Positions 48,740 through 57,861 of a DNA stretch of 60,473 nucleotides are shown one piece after another. Each line of letters starts with the position of its first letter. The stretch's first letter is position 1. The stretch is from positions 1-60,473 of IMG/VR virus record IMGVR_UViG_3300043448_000474; one strand, 5' to 3'. The position numbers and the translations under genes are program-made. The notes beneath the pieces were generated by a model. The model was not told the DNA's origin. It ran no database searches and saw only the letters and a list, made by a program, of their open reading frames with translations. The stretch comes from a virus. Its lineage: Duplodnaviria; Caudoviricetes.

Positions 48740-50058
48740 GGGAGCCTCCATTCTCGAAAGAAGCCGAACTTGGCGTAATAGGCTGCTGTTTACTCAACAA
48801 CAACGCCATAGATGACGCGATAAACGGTGGCATCAAGGCTGATTGGTTTTACGATGTTCGATGCCACGACCTTTGGAACATCATCGCAAAGATGCGTGAT
48901 GACCGCGTGCCGGTTGATCTGGTTACGATCTCAAACAGGCTGAATGGCGATGCATTCAATCGGGTTGGCGGAATCGGGTTCGTCTCCGAGGCGATGGACG
49001 CCGTCCCTAGCGCGGCCAACCTGCCATACTATCTGGACATTGCGCGGGACAAACATCGGGCCAGAAAGCTCATCGAGATCTCTCAGGACGCCATAAATAC
49101 GGCCTACTCCGGTGGCTCCAAGGTGGACATGGTGCTAGACGCATTCGAGGCCAAGTTGATGGGCATTCGGAATGAGCACTCCACTGACAGCGACTTCAGC
49201 GGCAAGCAGATTGCCTCTCAGGCACTCGACCTCCTTCAGGATCGATGCGCCGGTAAGAGCGATGCCATACCCACCGGATGGGCCTTCATGGACCGTATAC
49301 TCCGTGGAGGTCTCCGTCCGGGTCAGGTATTCGTGGTGGCAGGTCGCCCTGGCGCTGGTAAGACGGCCTTCACCTTGAGCCTCTTAGCCTCTCTTTGCGC
49401 CAGTGGTGTGCAGACGGGGTTTGTGAGCCTTGAGATGAGTGCCGAAGAGGTGGGCATGCGAATGCTTGCCATCGAGTCACAGGTGGATGTGGGTCGATAC
49501 GACGATCGAAATCAGCCCAACGAGGGCGAGATGAAAAAACTCACCATGGCTACCTCCCGTCTGGCGAGGCATAAGATCATGGTCAACGACAAGCCCAACC
49601 AGACCGCCCAGAGCATTGCTGCCAAGGCTCGTCGCTGGGTGAGGTCGGCCGGAATGAAGGTGCTTGCGGTCGACTACCTGCAGTTGATTACGGCCACCGA
49701 GGGCAAGGAGCGGCGCGAACAGATCGATGCCATCAGCCGCAACATGAAGCTGCTCGCTAAGGAGCTTAGAATCCCGATCGTACTCTTGGCCCAGCTGAAT
49801 CGCGCCATCGAGCGCGATGGAAACCGCAAGCCCCGCCTAAGCGATCTGCGCGAGTCTGGGGCCATTGAGCAAGACGCAGACCTAGTCGGAATGCTCTACC
49901 AGCCCGAGCAACAGGAGTCCGACTCCACACAATCTGGTCCGAGGAAAATCAACCTGTTCATCGCCAAGCAAAGGGCGGGTCAGGCAGGGGTGGATATCCC
50001 GTTCGACTTTAGACCAGAGCTCACACGATTCGATCCAACAAGCCTGTTCGACCAATGA
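48736..50058 (+). CDS. dnaB: Replicative helicase
   Basis: AGRPGAGKT, SLEM, VDYLQL, LAQLNR, PRLSDLRESGAIEQDAD, KQR. Confidence 0.96.
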   Translation: MREPPFSKEAELGVIGCCLLNNNAIDDAINGGIKADWFYDVRCHDLWNIIAKMRDDRVPVDLVTISNRLNGDAFNRVGGIGFVSEAMDAVPSAANLPYYLDIARDKHRARKLIEISQDAINTAYSGGSKVDMVLDAFEAKLMGIRNEHSTDSDFSGKQIASQALDLLQDRCAGKSDAIPTGWAFMDRILRGGLRPGQVFVVAGRPGAGKTAFTLSLLASLCASGVQTGFVSLEMSAEEVGMRMLAIESQVDVGRYDDRNQPNEGEMKKLTMATSRLARHKIMVNDKPNQTAQSIAAKARRWVRSAGMKVLAVDYLQLITATEGKERREQIDAISRNMKLLAKELRIPIVLLAQLNRAIERDGNRKPRLSDLRESGAIEQDADLVGMLYQPEQQESDSTQSGPRKINLFIAKQRAGQAGVDIPFDFRPELTRFDPTSLFDQ

Positions 50059-50771
50059 AAATCAGAGCCTACCAAGAACGCGTCTACAACTGGCAGCGCG
50101 ATGTCGCAGCCCAGCCCGTCACCAAGACGCCAACGCAACGCGACCCCGAGTTCTGCAAGAAGCAGCTTGGGTTCGCAAAGTCTGAGTGGTTTGAAGAGTA
50201 CCTTCCAAATGCATCTGATTACGCTGACGCGCTCGGCCAAATCGACGAAATCAACCTCACATCAAACCTAAGAAAAATCGATAGGTGCCGGTTCAAAATC
50301 GCTGATGACATCGGAGATGTCGCATTCACGATTCTCGGGCTCCTCAACGCCTACGGTGTAACGCTCGATAACATTTCGTTCTCTCGGACCACGGATTTGA
50401 ACTTAATCGCCCTGGAGAGCCGAATATCTGAGTTCCTTGAAAAAACTGAACGCAGCGACAGCGTTTCAGACTCGGCCGCAAAATCTGCATTTCTCGACCT
50501 GATTGCCATCTCGACTTACTACGCTATCAACTTTTGGTCTTCACTCCAGGCTGTGTGCATCAGCAATGACACGAAGCTGTGGAAGTTGACAGAGGTTCAC
50601 GACAACGAGTTGAAGATTGAGAGTCTAAAATGGACGGTGACCAAGGTTGCCGGTCTCTGCGACGATCGGTGCTTTCGGGTCAAGAACCCCGACGGGAAGC
50701 TGATGAAGAGCCCATCATTCACCGAGCCTGACCTTCGCGCCGCAGTCATGCAGTTCGTGGACTTGACATGA
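50055..50771 (+). CDS. MazG-like/PRA-PH NTP pyrophosphohydrolase
   Basis: EWFEE..DDIGDV..SNDTKL..DGKLMKSP.F.EPDL. Confidence 0.7.
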   Translation: MKIRAYQERVYNWQRDVAAQPVTKTPTQRDPEFCKKQLGFAKSEWFEEYLPNASDYADALGQIDEINLTSNLRKIDRCRFKIADDIGDVAFTILGLLNAYGVTLDNISFSRTTDLNLIALESRISEFLEKTERSDSVSDSAAKSAFLDLIAISTYYAINFWSSLQAVCISNDTKLWKLTEVHDNELKIESLKWTVTKVAGLCDDRCFRVKNPDGKLMKSPSFTEPDLRAAVMQFVDLT

Positions 50772-50791
50772 TCCGACTGGTGTATTACACC
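50763..50791 (+). promoter_or_regulatory. Promoter/operator
   Basis: TTGACA-N10-GGTGTATTACACC. Confidence 0.78.
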
Positions 50792-50799
50792 TCAAGCAC

Positions 50800-50997
50800 A
50801 TGGCGACCTCGACCCAGATTCCACCCGGCAAGTACCAGAACGTCTACAACCCAACCGTCAAGGTGGAGGTGCTTGCCGAGGCTCAGTATCGCATGGGCGA
50901 GGTTCGCCATCAGTGCGTCATCTACTCCAGGGATAATCGGTTCTACGTCCGCTCGGTTGCCGAGTTTATGGCGAAGTTTCGGCCTCTGGAGGGCTGA
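50800..50997 (+). CDS. DUF1653-like small protein
   Basis: PGKY..VIY..FYVR...EF..KF. Confidence 0.65.
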   Translation: MATSTQIPPGKYQNVYNPTVKVEVLAEAQYRMGEVRHQCVIYSRDNRFYVRSVAEFMAKFRPLEG

Positions 50998-51011
50998 TTC
51001 AGGATTCACGT

Positions 51012-51040
51012 TTGACAGCTTGGCATGGGTGTAAGACACC
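51012..51040 (+). promoter_or_regulatory. Promoter/operator upstream of RHH gene
   Basis: TTGACA-N10-GGTGTAAGACACC. Confidence 0.75.
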
Positions 51041-51050
51041 TGCGCCAACG

Positions 51051-51200
51051 ATGCCTAATCAACGCGGAAAACAAAGGGTTCTACTAGCATTATGGGTGAG
51101 TTCCAAACAGCTGAAGATGCTCGACAAGGCTTCACGCTCGAAGCGCCTCAGCAGGTCGCAGTACGTGAGGAGCGTCCTGTTCGCGGACAGCGCAGAATAA
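51051..51200 (+). CDS. Ribbon-helix-helix (CopG/Arc-like) regulator
   Basis: 49 aa: beta strand LLALWV, helix, then LSRSQYVRSVL. Confidence 0.7.
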   Translation: MPNQRGKQRVLLALWVSSKQLKMLDKASRSKRLSRSQYVRSVLFADSAE

Positions 51201-51382
51201 ACCGTCGTAACCTTGGTTCATTCATCGTCAATGGATCAAAGGTTAGTGCGTGGTTTGAGCGCGGACAGGTTGTCTTCAGGAAGCGGTACAGTCATCGCAC
51301 CGAGGCCGCGAGTCTTCAGGACATCTATCACCGCGCCATCGGGCAGTCGGAGTTCAAGCTGTAGCGCATAACGCCACGGGAT

Positions 51383-51628
51383 ATGCCCACCGAGATAACC
51401 AGCGTCACGTCGGTCACGCTCACCAGAAATCGGCGCGTGACGGTGTGGCGGAAGGAAACCGGAGTCCTCAAGGAGTACGAGCATGGCGATGTGATCGGAA
51501 CAATCGTCATGCAGACTGGGCTTACGTCGGCGAAACTAGCCGAATACATTCTATCCAACCTTCCACGCGCCGTTGCCGTGGAAGTCATGGATTCGTCGGG
51601 AAACGGAGTCAGCATGAAGAAGACATGA
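51383..51628 (+). CDS. Hypothetical protein
   Basis: 81-aa ORF with ATGA coupling to the next gene. Confidence 0.6.
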   Translation: MPTEITSVTSVTLTRNRRVTVWRKETGVLKEYEHGDVIGTIVMQTGLTSAKLAEYILSNLPRAVAVEVMDSSGNGVSMKKT

Positions 51629-51819
51629 AAGTAAAACTATACGAAGTGCTCAGCCGCTGCGTCCTAGACGGGATGCAGAACGCAAGAAAAGATGCGTCAA
51701 TAGAGAGAGGCTGCATGGACCCAGTAGCTGAATTATCGCAAGCCGATATTGAGGAGATTCATATCAGCGTCATGCGCGAGATATCCGAGTACATCGATTT
51801 CAAAGACAATGCCAAGTAA
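51625..51819 (+). CDS. Hypothetical protein
   Basis: Coupled start MKVKLYE. Confidence 0.55.
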   Translation: MKVKLYEVLSRCVLDGMQNARKDASIERGCMDPVAELSQADIEEIHISVMREISEYIDFKDNAK

Positions 51820-52144
51820 ACCAGTCCGACTACCGCGCAACGTCATCATCGCCATCAAGAAAGACATCAAGGATGGGAGAACATTCAGGGAAATATGTTC
51901 TGCGCACCATGTTGCAGCAGCAACCGTGAAACGGGTCAGGGAACTGAAAACTGTCCCTAAGAAAGATGAGTTCTTTAGGGATGACAGCGCGTGGCCGTGC
52001 AAACACAGTCGCGAGAAGCTGGAGATGATCAAGAAAGCCAGGAAGGCGGGTGCGCTGATAAAAGACATCGCGGCGCAGTTCCATGTGTCCATGAGCTACG
52101 TGAGCAACATCATCAACGGCAGGGAAAGGAGCGCAGAAAAATGA
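51809..52144 (+). CDS. Tandem-HTH protein
   Basis: TFREICSAHHVAAATV and IKDIAAQFHVSMSYVSNIING. Confidence 0.7.
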   Translation: MPSKPVRLPRNVIIAIKKDIKDGRTFREICSAHHVAAATVKRVRELKTVPKKDEFFRDDSAWPCKHSREKLEMIKKARKAGALIKDIAAQFHVSMSYVSNIINGRERSAEK

Positions 52145-52395
52145 CCGAACAACAGCAGTCAGTGCTCAGGAAGGCGGCGCACGATCTTGGAGAACACTTC
52201 GATACGATTCAGATTTTCGTCACCACCCACCAACCGGCTGAATTGGGCGGAACAATGCACGGCTCGCTTGGGGTTGGAAACTGGTACGCTCGCTACGGCC
52301 AGATTAGAGAATGGCTTATCAGGACCGACGAAGACGCCAAGTGCTCCGTAAGACACGAGAGAGCGAGAGAAGAAAACGACGGTGAAGAGGATTAG
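52141..52395 (+). CDS. Hypothetical protein
   Basis: ATGA-coupled; GNWYARYG motif. Confidence 0.6.
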   Translation: MTEQQQSVLRKAAHDLGEHFDTIQIFVTTHQPAELGGTMHGSLGVGNWYARYGQIREWLIRTDEDAKCSVRHERAREENDGEED

Positions 52396-52867
52396 CCTTA
52401 AGTTCCAGGAGTTCGACCTGGCGATCAACACGGCTCGTCTTCGGATGGCTGTTTCGATTGCTGCAGGATTGAACGCCCAGAACAAGGTTAGCGGACGATC
52501 ATGGATCAGGAGGTTTTACGAGGAGGTCATCGGTGTCTGCGGAGAAATAGCTGTAGCTAAACTTGGCGGATTTTACTTTGTCCCAGGGCTCAACGAGTTT
52601 CACGTTGTGCCGGACGTGTTCAAGGATGTGGAAGTCCGCTCCACAGACCGTGAGGATGGCTGCCTCATCATTCGCGACAACGATGTTCCTGACCGCCGTT
52701 TCATCCTGGCGATCGTGACAGGGAGCGATGTTGTGCTTGCGGGGTGGATTTACGGGAATAGCGGGATGAAGGATGAGTACCTGCGCAACCCAAACAACCA
52801 CTCCCCGGCGTGGTTCATCCCAAGGCACAGGCTCAATTCGATGGGGATGTTCAAGGTAGCGCCTTGA
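52382..52867 (+). CDS. Putative PD-(D/E)XK-like protein
   Basis: GEIAVAK..PDV..VEVRST..GWI. Confidence 0.55.
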   Translation: MKRISLKFQEFDLAINTARLRMAVSIAAGLNAQNKVSGRSWIRRFYEEVIGVCGEIAVAKLGGFYFVPGLNEFHVVPDVFKDVEVRSTDREDGCLIIRDNDVPDRRFILAIVTGSDVVLAGWIYGNSGMKDEYLRNPNNHSPAWFIPRHRLNSMGMFKVAP

Positions 52868-52892
52868 CTCGTGTTGTGCGGTGTATTACACC
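52864..52892 (+). promoter_or_regulatory. Promoter/operator upstream of RNA ligase
   Basis: TTGACT-N10-GGTGTATTACACC. Confidence 0.78.
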
Positions 52893-52901
52893 TGCATGCG
52901 C

Positions 52902-53879
52902 ATGAAGTTGGCTTCCATAGAGACGATCTCAGAGATACTTCCGCACACCAACGCTGACTCCCTAGAGATAGCCAAGGTTCTTGGGTGGCAGGTCATAGTC
53001 CGTAAAGGCGAGTTCAAGGCTGGTGAATCGATCGTTTTTATCCCGATCGACACCATCCTACCAGATGCACCATGGTCTGCTTTCCTCAAGAAGGGCGATA
53101 GGGCCATTCGGCTGAACACCATCAAACTGCGAGGTCAGTACAGCCAGGGCCTGGTACAACCGCTGTCCATCCTACCGGAGAACGTCCGTGGATGGCATTT
53201 GGGTGCTGATGTGGGCGGTGAACTGGGTATCAAGAAGTACGAGAAGGAGATTCCAGCCTGTCTCAGCGGTGAGGTGCATGGCCCATTCCCGTCTCATATC
53301 GCGCCAAAGACCGACGAGGATAACGGGCTGAGCAACCCAGATATCGTGAAGTACGTCCTGGAGCAGGAGTGCTTCGCCACCCTGAAGCTCGACGGGTCGT
53401 CCTGCACTATCGTGGTGCGTGGCGGCAAGATCGAGTACGTCTGCTCCCGCAACCTGAGCCTAAAGGAGTCGGACACCAACGGCTTCTGGAGGGCTGCCAA
53501 GAAACTGAGCCTCACCGAGGACATGAGTTTGGTCATCCAGGGTGAGCTCATGGGGCCTGGAGTGCAGGGGAACCAGCTGGGGCTTCTTGAGCCGACGCTT
53601 TACGTTTACCAGATCCGAGACCTCGATACAGGAAAGTGGATCGGATACGCACACATGAGTGCGCTGTGTCAGGTTGATCTCAAGTGCAACTTCGTCCCGT
53701 TCATCAGATACATCGACACCGGATCTTCGGTGGAGTCACTGCAGGAGTTGGCAGACGCGCAGACGGTTCTCGGTAAACCGGCCGAGGGCATCGTTGTGAG
53801 AACGGTTAAGACAGAGTCGATGGGCATAGGACGCCCACTCGGTTTCAAGATCATCAACCGCAACTACAAAGACCAGTAA
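52902..53879 (+). CDS. ATP-dependent RNA ligase, DRB0094/Rnl5-like
   Basis: N-terminal OB domain (H.NAD.LE..V.GWQV; LRGQYSQG), KTDE, motif I KLDGSS, QGEL.GP, EGIV, FKIIN. Confidence 0.9.
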   Translation: MKLASIETISEILPHTNADSLEIAKVLGWQVIVRKGEFKAGESIVFIPIDTILPDAPWSAFLKKGDRAIRLNTIKLRGQYSQGLVQPLSILPENVRGWHLGADVGGELGIKKYEKEIPACLSGEVHGPFPSHIAPKTDEDNGLSNPDIVKYVLEQECFATLKLDGSSCTIVVRGGKIEYVCSRNLSLKESDTNGFWRAAKKLSLTEDMSLVIQGELMGPGVQGNQLGLLEPTLYVYQIRDLDTGKWIGYAHMSALCQVDLKCNFVPFIRYIDTGSSVESLQELADAQTVLGKPAEGIVVRTVKTESMGIGRPLGFKIINRNYKDQ

Positions 53880-53881
53880 TC

Positions 53882-54064
53882 ATGGATCCAAAAACAAATC
53901 AGCCAATGAAGAGTGTGCGCGTTAGAGACGAGCATAAAGTTTTGCTAGTCTCACCTGAGACTCATGCCCGTTTCAAAAGATACGCTCAACAGACGGGATA
54001 CAAAATGCAGTACATTGCAGATATTGCGATTGAGGATTTTTTGAATCGAAAGGAAGAGGGATGA
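53882..54064 (+). CDS. Small RHH-like protein
   Basis: LLVSPETHARFKRYAQQTG..IAIEDFL. Confidence 0.55.
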   Translation: MDPKTNQPMKSVRVRDEHKVLLVSPETHARFKRYAQQTGYKMQYIADIAIEDFLNRKEEG

Positions 54065-54492
54065 ACACATCCACCGAAAAGCTGGTGATGGCGCTGCGAG
54101 TCTTAGCGGCCGATATCCAGTCCGACGACGGCGTTGCCAACGCCGCGATTCACGAAGCTGCTCAGCGCCTGGAACAGCAGAGCGAGAAGATCAAGCGGCT
54201 ATACGAGGGCATCCTCAAGAACAACCAAGAGATCGAGCAGACCTGCGGCAAGGTGCTCGGCTACCCGTGGTTCAAAGACGATCAGAAGAACTTCCCCGGC
54301 GCGACCGAGAAGGACGGCGTGTGCGTGGGTGACCACGTCGGCGAAACCATCGTGTCTGAACTAGCGAAGAGGCACGCGGAGGCGCTGGGCCGCATCAAGC
54401 GGCTGGAGGAGGCTGGGGATAGAATGCGATTGTATTGCGCTGATTCGGATGACTGCTTCGCATGGGACAAAGCCAAGGAGGACAAGCCGTGA
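54061..54492 (+). CDS. Hypothetical protein
   Basis: Coupled ORF, 143 aa. Confidence 0.6.
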   Translation: MNTSTEKLVMALRVLAADIQSDDGVANAAIHEAAQRLEQQSEKIKRLYEGILKNNQEIEQTCGKVLGYPWFKDDQKNFPGATEKDGVCVGDHVGETIVSELAKRHAEALGRIKRLEEAGDRMRLYCADSDDCFAWDKAKEDKP

Positions 54493-54782
54493 GCGAGCCA
54501 CTGACAAAGGCCGATGTGGACAAGATTATACCTGAAGGCGATGCGAGATACGTGGCCTTGCTGGAATTGCGCATCAAGCAGCTAGAGGACGCCGCCGAGG
54601 TAGCGGCAAACCAGATTAAGCTCATGGCCGAGCTTCACTCCAAGAGGACTCTTGAGGAGCATAAGCGCGTCATGGAGCTTGAGGCTGCCATCCGCAAGAC
54701 GCTGGACGAGAACCGGCATCTCGCGGACGGCGAGGACTGCGCTCTTTACAACCTCAAGAAAGCACTCCCTGAGTGGACCTGA
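54489..54782 (+). CDS. Hypothetical coiled-coil protein
   Basis: GTGA-coupled. Confidence 0.55.
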   Translation: MSEPLTKADVDKIIPEGDARYVALLELRIKQLEDAAEVAANQIKLMAELHSKRTLEEHKRVMELEAAIRKTLDENRHLADGEDCALYNLKKALPEWT

Positions 54783-54801
54783 TCAAGAAAATGGTTGTCG
54801 A

Positions 54802-55344
54802 ATGAGCTACCACCAGTCAGGTCAGCTGCCTCATCACCAATACTGTTACGTTGACGCAGCAGCGATCAGCAGCGGCGAGGGATTTGTTCCATGCGTCTGG
54901 TTCGGGCTTGTCTCGATCCCAGGCCGAATGTGGGGATGCACGGTCATGCTGGAATGCGGAGCGGTCTACAGATCGATCCCGCCGCACTTCATGGCGTTCA
55001 GCGACAAGCCAGAGGCGATCTGGACGCAGCAGCAAGCCCAGCGATGGGACTGCTACGGCAGAGAGTTCTCCACCATCGAGTACACCTACCTGCGTGGAGT
55101 TGAGTGCATGGCCAAGTGCGATGATCAGAAGTTGGTTGGTGAGTACATCTTCACCGCAGCACCCATCGACGATGGGTTTTCACGGCACCCGTCACAGGCC
55201 AAGGAGTTCATGTTCATCAAGCTCTACAACGGAAGGTTGACCATCCAGCCAACCGACAAGGTGCTTTTCATGGAGAAGTCGTTCGTGGAGCCACAATGGC
55301 CGTCAGGGCTCAAACTCTCCAACGAGGTGTGGTCTTGCGAGTGA
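54802..55344 (+). CDS. Conserved-looking phage hypothetical protein
   Basis: LECGAVY..P.H, Q.WDC, GEYIFT, IKL.NG..QP motifs. Confidence 0.65.
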   Translation: MSYHQSGQLPHHQYCYVDAAAISSGEGFVPCVWFGLVSIPGRMWGCTVMLECGAVYRSIPPHFMAFSDKPEAIWTQQQAQRWDCYGREFSTIEYTYLRGVECMAKCDDQKLVGEYIFTAAPIDDGFSRHPSQAKEFMFIKLYNGRLTIQPTDKVLFMEKSFVEPQWPSGLKLSNEVWSCE

Positions 55345-55364
55345 CGAACTGAGATCGTAAACCT

Positions 55365-55541
55365 ATGGATTTCATCAAGAAAGCTGCCCTCGAACTCTGG
55401 TGCATGGCGTACGGATTCCTGCTGTTCCTCATTGCGTGGTGGATCGTGGTTGCGGTCGCCGCGCTCATTGCAGTCATCATGTTCGTTGTTTACTTGGCGA
55501 CCCCGAACAAGCCAAAGCGTAGCTCGCTTGACGATAGGTGA
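55365..55541 (+). CDS. Small membrane protein (58 aa, not in the ORF track)
   Basis: MDFIKKAALELWCMAYGFLLFLIAWWIVVAVAALIAVIMFVVYLATPNKPKRSSLDDR. Confidence 0.5.
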   Translation: MDFIKKAALELWCMAYGFLLFLIAWWIVVAVAALIAVIMFVVYLATPNKPKRSSLDDR

Positions 55542-55556
55542 ATGGTGTATTACACC
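55528..55556 (+). promoter_or_regulatory. Promoter/operator upstream of thyX
   Basis: TTGACG-N10-GGTGTATTACACC. Confidence 0.78.
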
Positions 55557-55567
55557 TTGTTGAGCCA

Positions 55568-56311
55568 ATGAAAGTCACCTCTGTTGCGGTCACGCTGAGC
55601 CTCGTCGAGGACAACGGTGTCCCGCTCACACCGGACCAGCTTCTGGTCTACACTGCTCGGGTGTCGAACCCGGACAACCAGCAGAACCACCTTACTGGAG
55701 CCAAGCTGCTTGGGTTTTGCATGCGCGAGGGCCACTGGTCGGTGTTCGATCAGGCTGACCTCACCGTCGAGATCGAGACCAGCATCTCCATCTCGATGCA
55801 GATCCTGCGCCACTGGTCTGCGAAGTTTCAGCAGTTCTCCCAGAGGTACGCCGAGGTCTCCAAGCTGGGCATGATCCTGGAGCCTGTGACCCTTCGTTTG
55901 AAGGCCAGGGGCGGCAACAGGCAGGGCAGCGGAGAAGACCTGCCGCAGGGGCACATCCTGCAGTACGTCTTCAACGACTCGGTTCAGAAGGCTGTCAGTG
56001 CCTACATGACGCTCATCGAGGGTGGCATAGCGCCCGAGAGCGCACGGTTTGTCCTGCCGCTCTGCACCAAGACACGCCTCTACATGAAGGGCTCGGCTCG
56101 CACATGGATCCACTATCTGGATCAGCGCGAATCACCGCATGCCCAGAAGGAACACAGGCTGGTCGCCAATGCGATCCGCTCCGAGTTCCAGAAACATTTC
56201 CCCACGGTCGTCGAGGCGATGGCCCTGCGGAAGAGCGAGGTGGAATCGCTCAAGTCGGAGATCGAACGCCTCAAGACGGAAATCAACCAACTGAAAGGAC
56301 AAGCACAATGA
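55568..56311 (+). CDS. thyX: Flavin-dependent thymidylate synthase
   Basis: ARVS, HWSVF, RH-X7-SQRY, ARFVLP, HAQKEHR. Confidence 0.93.
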   Translation: MKVTSVAVTLSLVEDNGVPLTPDQLLVYTARVSNPDNQQNHLTGAKLLGFCMREGHWSVFDQADLTVEIETSISISMQILRHWSAKFQQFSQRYAEVSKLGMILEPVTLRLKARGGNRQGSGEDLPQGHILQYVFNDSVQKAVSAYMTLIEGGIAPESARFVLPLCTKTRLYMKGSARTWIHYLDQRESPHAQKEHRLVANAIRSEFQKHFPTVVEAMALRKSEVESLKSEIERLKTEINQLKGQAQ

Positions 56312-56571
56312 ACTTCGGACAAGCACTGGAATGGCTCAAGAAGGGTAAGGCGATCTACCGCAGCGGCTGGAACGGCAAGGGTATGTGGCTCAAGATCTAC
56401 ACCCCAGAGGTCTCTGCCTCTAACCCGTACGGGAACGGTAAGGACATGACCCTGCCGTACATCTACATCGAGTATCCAGTCGGTCATGCCGCCTACCCCA
56501 ACGGCTGCCGTGTGCCGTGGCTTGCGTCCCAGACGGACATCCTTGCCAACGACTGGGCCTACAAAGCCTAA
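56308..56571 (+). CDS. DUF2829 / Tad2-like anti-Thoeris sponge protein
   Basis: MNFGQALEWLKKG..R.GWNGKGMWL..PWLASQTDILANDW. Confidence 0.85.
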   Translation: MNFGQALEWLKKGKAIYRSGWNGKGMWLKIYTPEVSASNPYGNGKDMTLPYIYIEYPVGHAAYPNGCRVPWLASQTDILANDWAYKA

Positions 56572-56620
56572 TGCTGGGTGCATGTTCCAGAAATCCGTTT
56601 CGGGGACACCCCAATTTCCT

Positions 56621-56779
56621 ATGACCTACACCCGCGCCCAGAAAGCAATGAAGCACGGTGTCAGTGCGGCCCCGCTCAAGCGCAGCGAGGTCGGTGACAT
56701 CGCCCGTGCGGTGAAGTCGTACAAGCTCAAGAACGACATCACCATCAACAACCGAAGACAGAGGAGGAAGACAGAATGA
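56621..56779 (+). CDS. Small basic hypothetical protein
   Basis: MTYTRAQK..; ATGA-coupled to the next gene. Confidence 0.45.
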   Translation: MTYTRAQKAMKHGVSAAPLKRSEVGDIARAVKSYKLKNDITINNRRQRRKTE

Positions 56780-57600
56780 CGAGATTCCAAGCGAGGCTGA
56801 TCAGCGATATGTGCCAGAACGCGTCGGAACTGAAACAGTTCCACAAGGCGTACACGGCGCTTCTCAATAGCTGCAGCGACACGGTGTTGCAGAAGCCAGT
56901 TGTCCACGCGACTCCGCAGCCGACCGTGACGGTTAGCACCACCGGCACGACACCGCCACCGCCCAGCACACCTAAGCCACTGGGACCGGAATGGTGGAAG
57001 GAGCGTCAGGCCGAAGCCATCAAGGAGCAGATCGAGATCATTGCCGACCAGAACAAGAAGATCGCGGAACTGCAGAAGCAGGTTGAAAAGTTGGAGATCC
57101 AACAGTGTGTTGACGCCAAGACGATCAAAGACCTCAAGGCGAGCCAGGCGGCTAGTGTGACTGCATCTAGCCAGATCCTCGGTGCGCTCAATGAAAGCGG
57201 CCTGAGGCAGTACGACGGCTCGTTGGCTGACAACGTCGTCGATGTGATCAAGCAGTGTGTCGTTCAGGGGAAGCAGATTCATGTGATGAACAAGGATCTG
57301 ATCAGGAAGGACAAGGAGATCGGGAAGCTCACGCAGTGGCACGCAGACTCCATCGATCAGGTCAACAAGCTCGGCAGAGAGTTAGGACAGAAGATCCAGG
57401 AGAACGAGCGCCTCAAGAAGGAACTGGAGGTGGCAGGTAAGAAGCAGAAGGCCATCATCAAAGCCGGGAACGATCTGAAGTATCTGCTGAGAGACGTATT
57501 CCCCGACGACTACCCGCTTATGTACGGCTGCGTTTCATACTGCACGCACTACATCTCTCTCTGGGACGACAACACCGCCCCACAATCATCCGCAGGTTGA
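56776..57600 (+). CDS. Coiled-coil hypothetical protein
   Basis: 274 aa with long heptad stretches. Confidence 0.65.
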   Translation: MTRFQARLISDMCQNASELKQFHKAYTALLNSCSDTVLQKPVVHATPQPTVTVSTTGTTPPPPSTPKPLGPEWWKERQAEAIKEQIEIIADQNKKIAELQKQVEKLEIQQCVDAKTIKDLKASQAASVTASSQILGALNESGLRQYDGSLADNVVDVIKQCVVQGKQIHVMNKDLIRKDKEIGKLTQWHADSIDQVNKLGRELGQKIQENERLKKELEVAGKKQKAIIKAGNDLKYLLRDVFPDDYPLMYGCVSYCTHYISLWDDNTAPQSSAG

Positions 57601-57861
57601 AGACTCACCTGCCGGTTTAGAACGCCGGTACCCATCCTTCCAAAGCTGCTTGGCCAGGAAGGTGGCGTACCGGCTGATCTTCTTCTCGGACCAATCTGGA
57701 CACGCCATGTGCAGAAGCTCATGCACCAACGTGTCCAGACGACTCTCCTCTGGCTGGAACGGATGGATCTTGATCAGCGCCTTCGAGTAGAAACACATCC
57801 CCCAAGCCCTCTCCTTACCCAGATCCTCCTCCACGATCCTCACCTTCTTGGGAAGCGCCAT
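57586..57861 (-). CDS. Small HExxH (zincin-like) protein
   Basis: AWGMC..IKIHP..LDTLVHELLH. Confidence 0.7.
   Translation of the reverse strand: MALPKKVRIVEEDLGKERAWGMCFYSKALIKIHPFQPEESRLDTLVHELLHMACPDWSEKKISRYATFLAKQLWKDGYRRSKPAGESSTCG

Noticed and set aside
3131-55556. Dispersed palindrome considered as a CRISPR repeat or att site
   Set aside because: Copies are not arrayed with spacers and are always tied to a TTGAC -35 element
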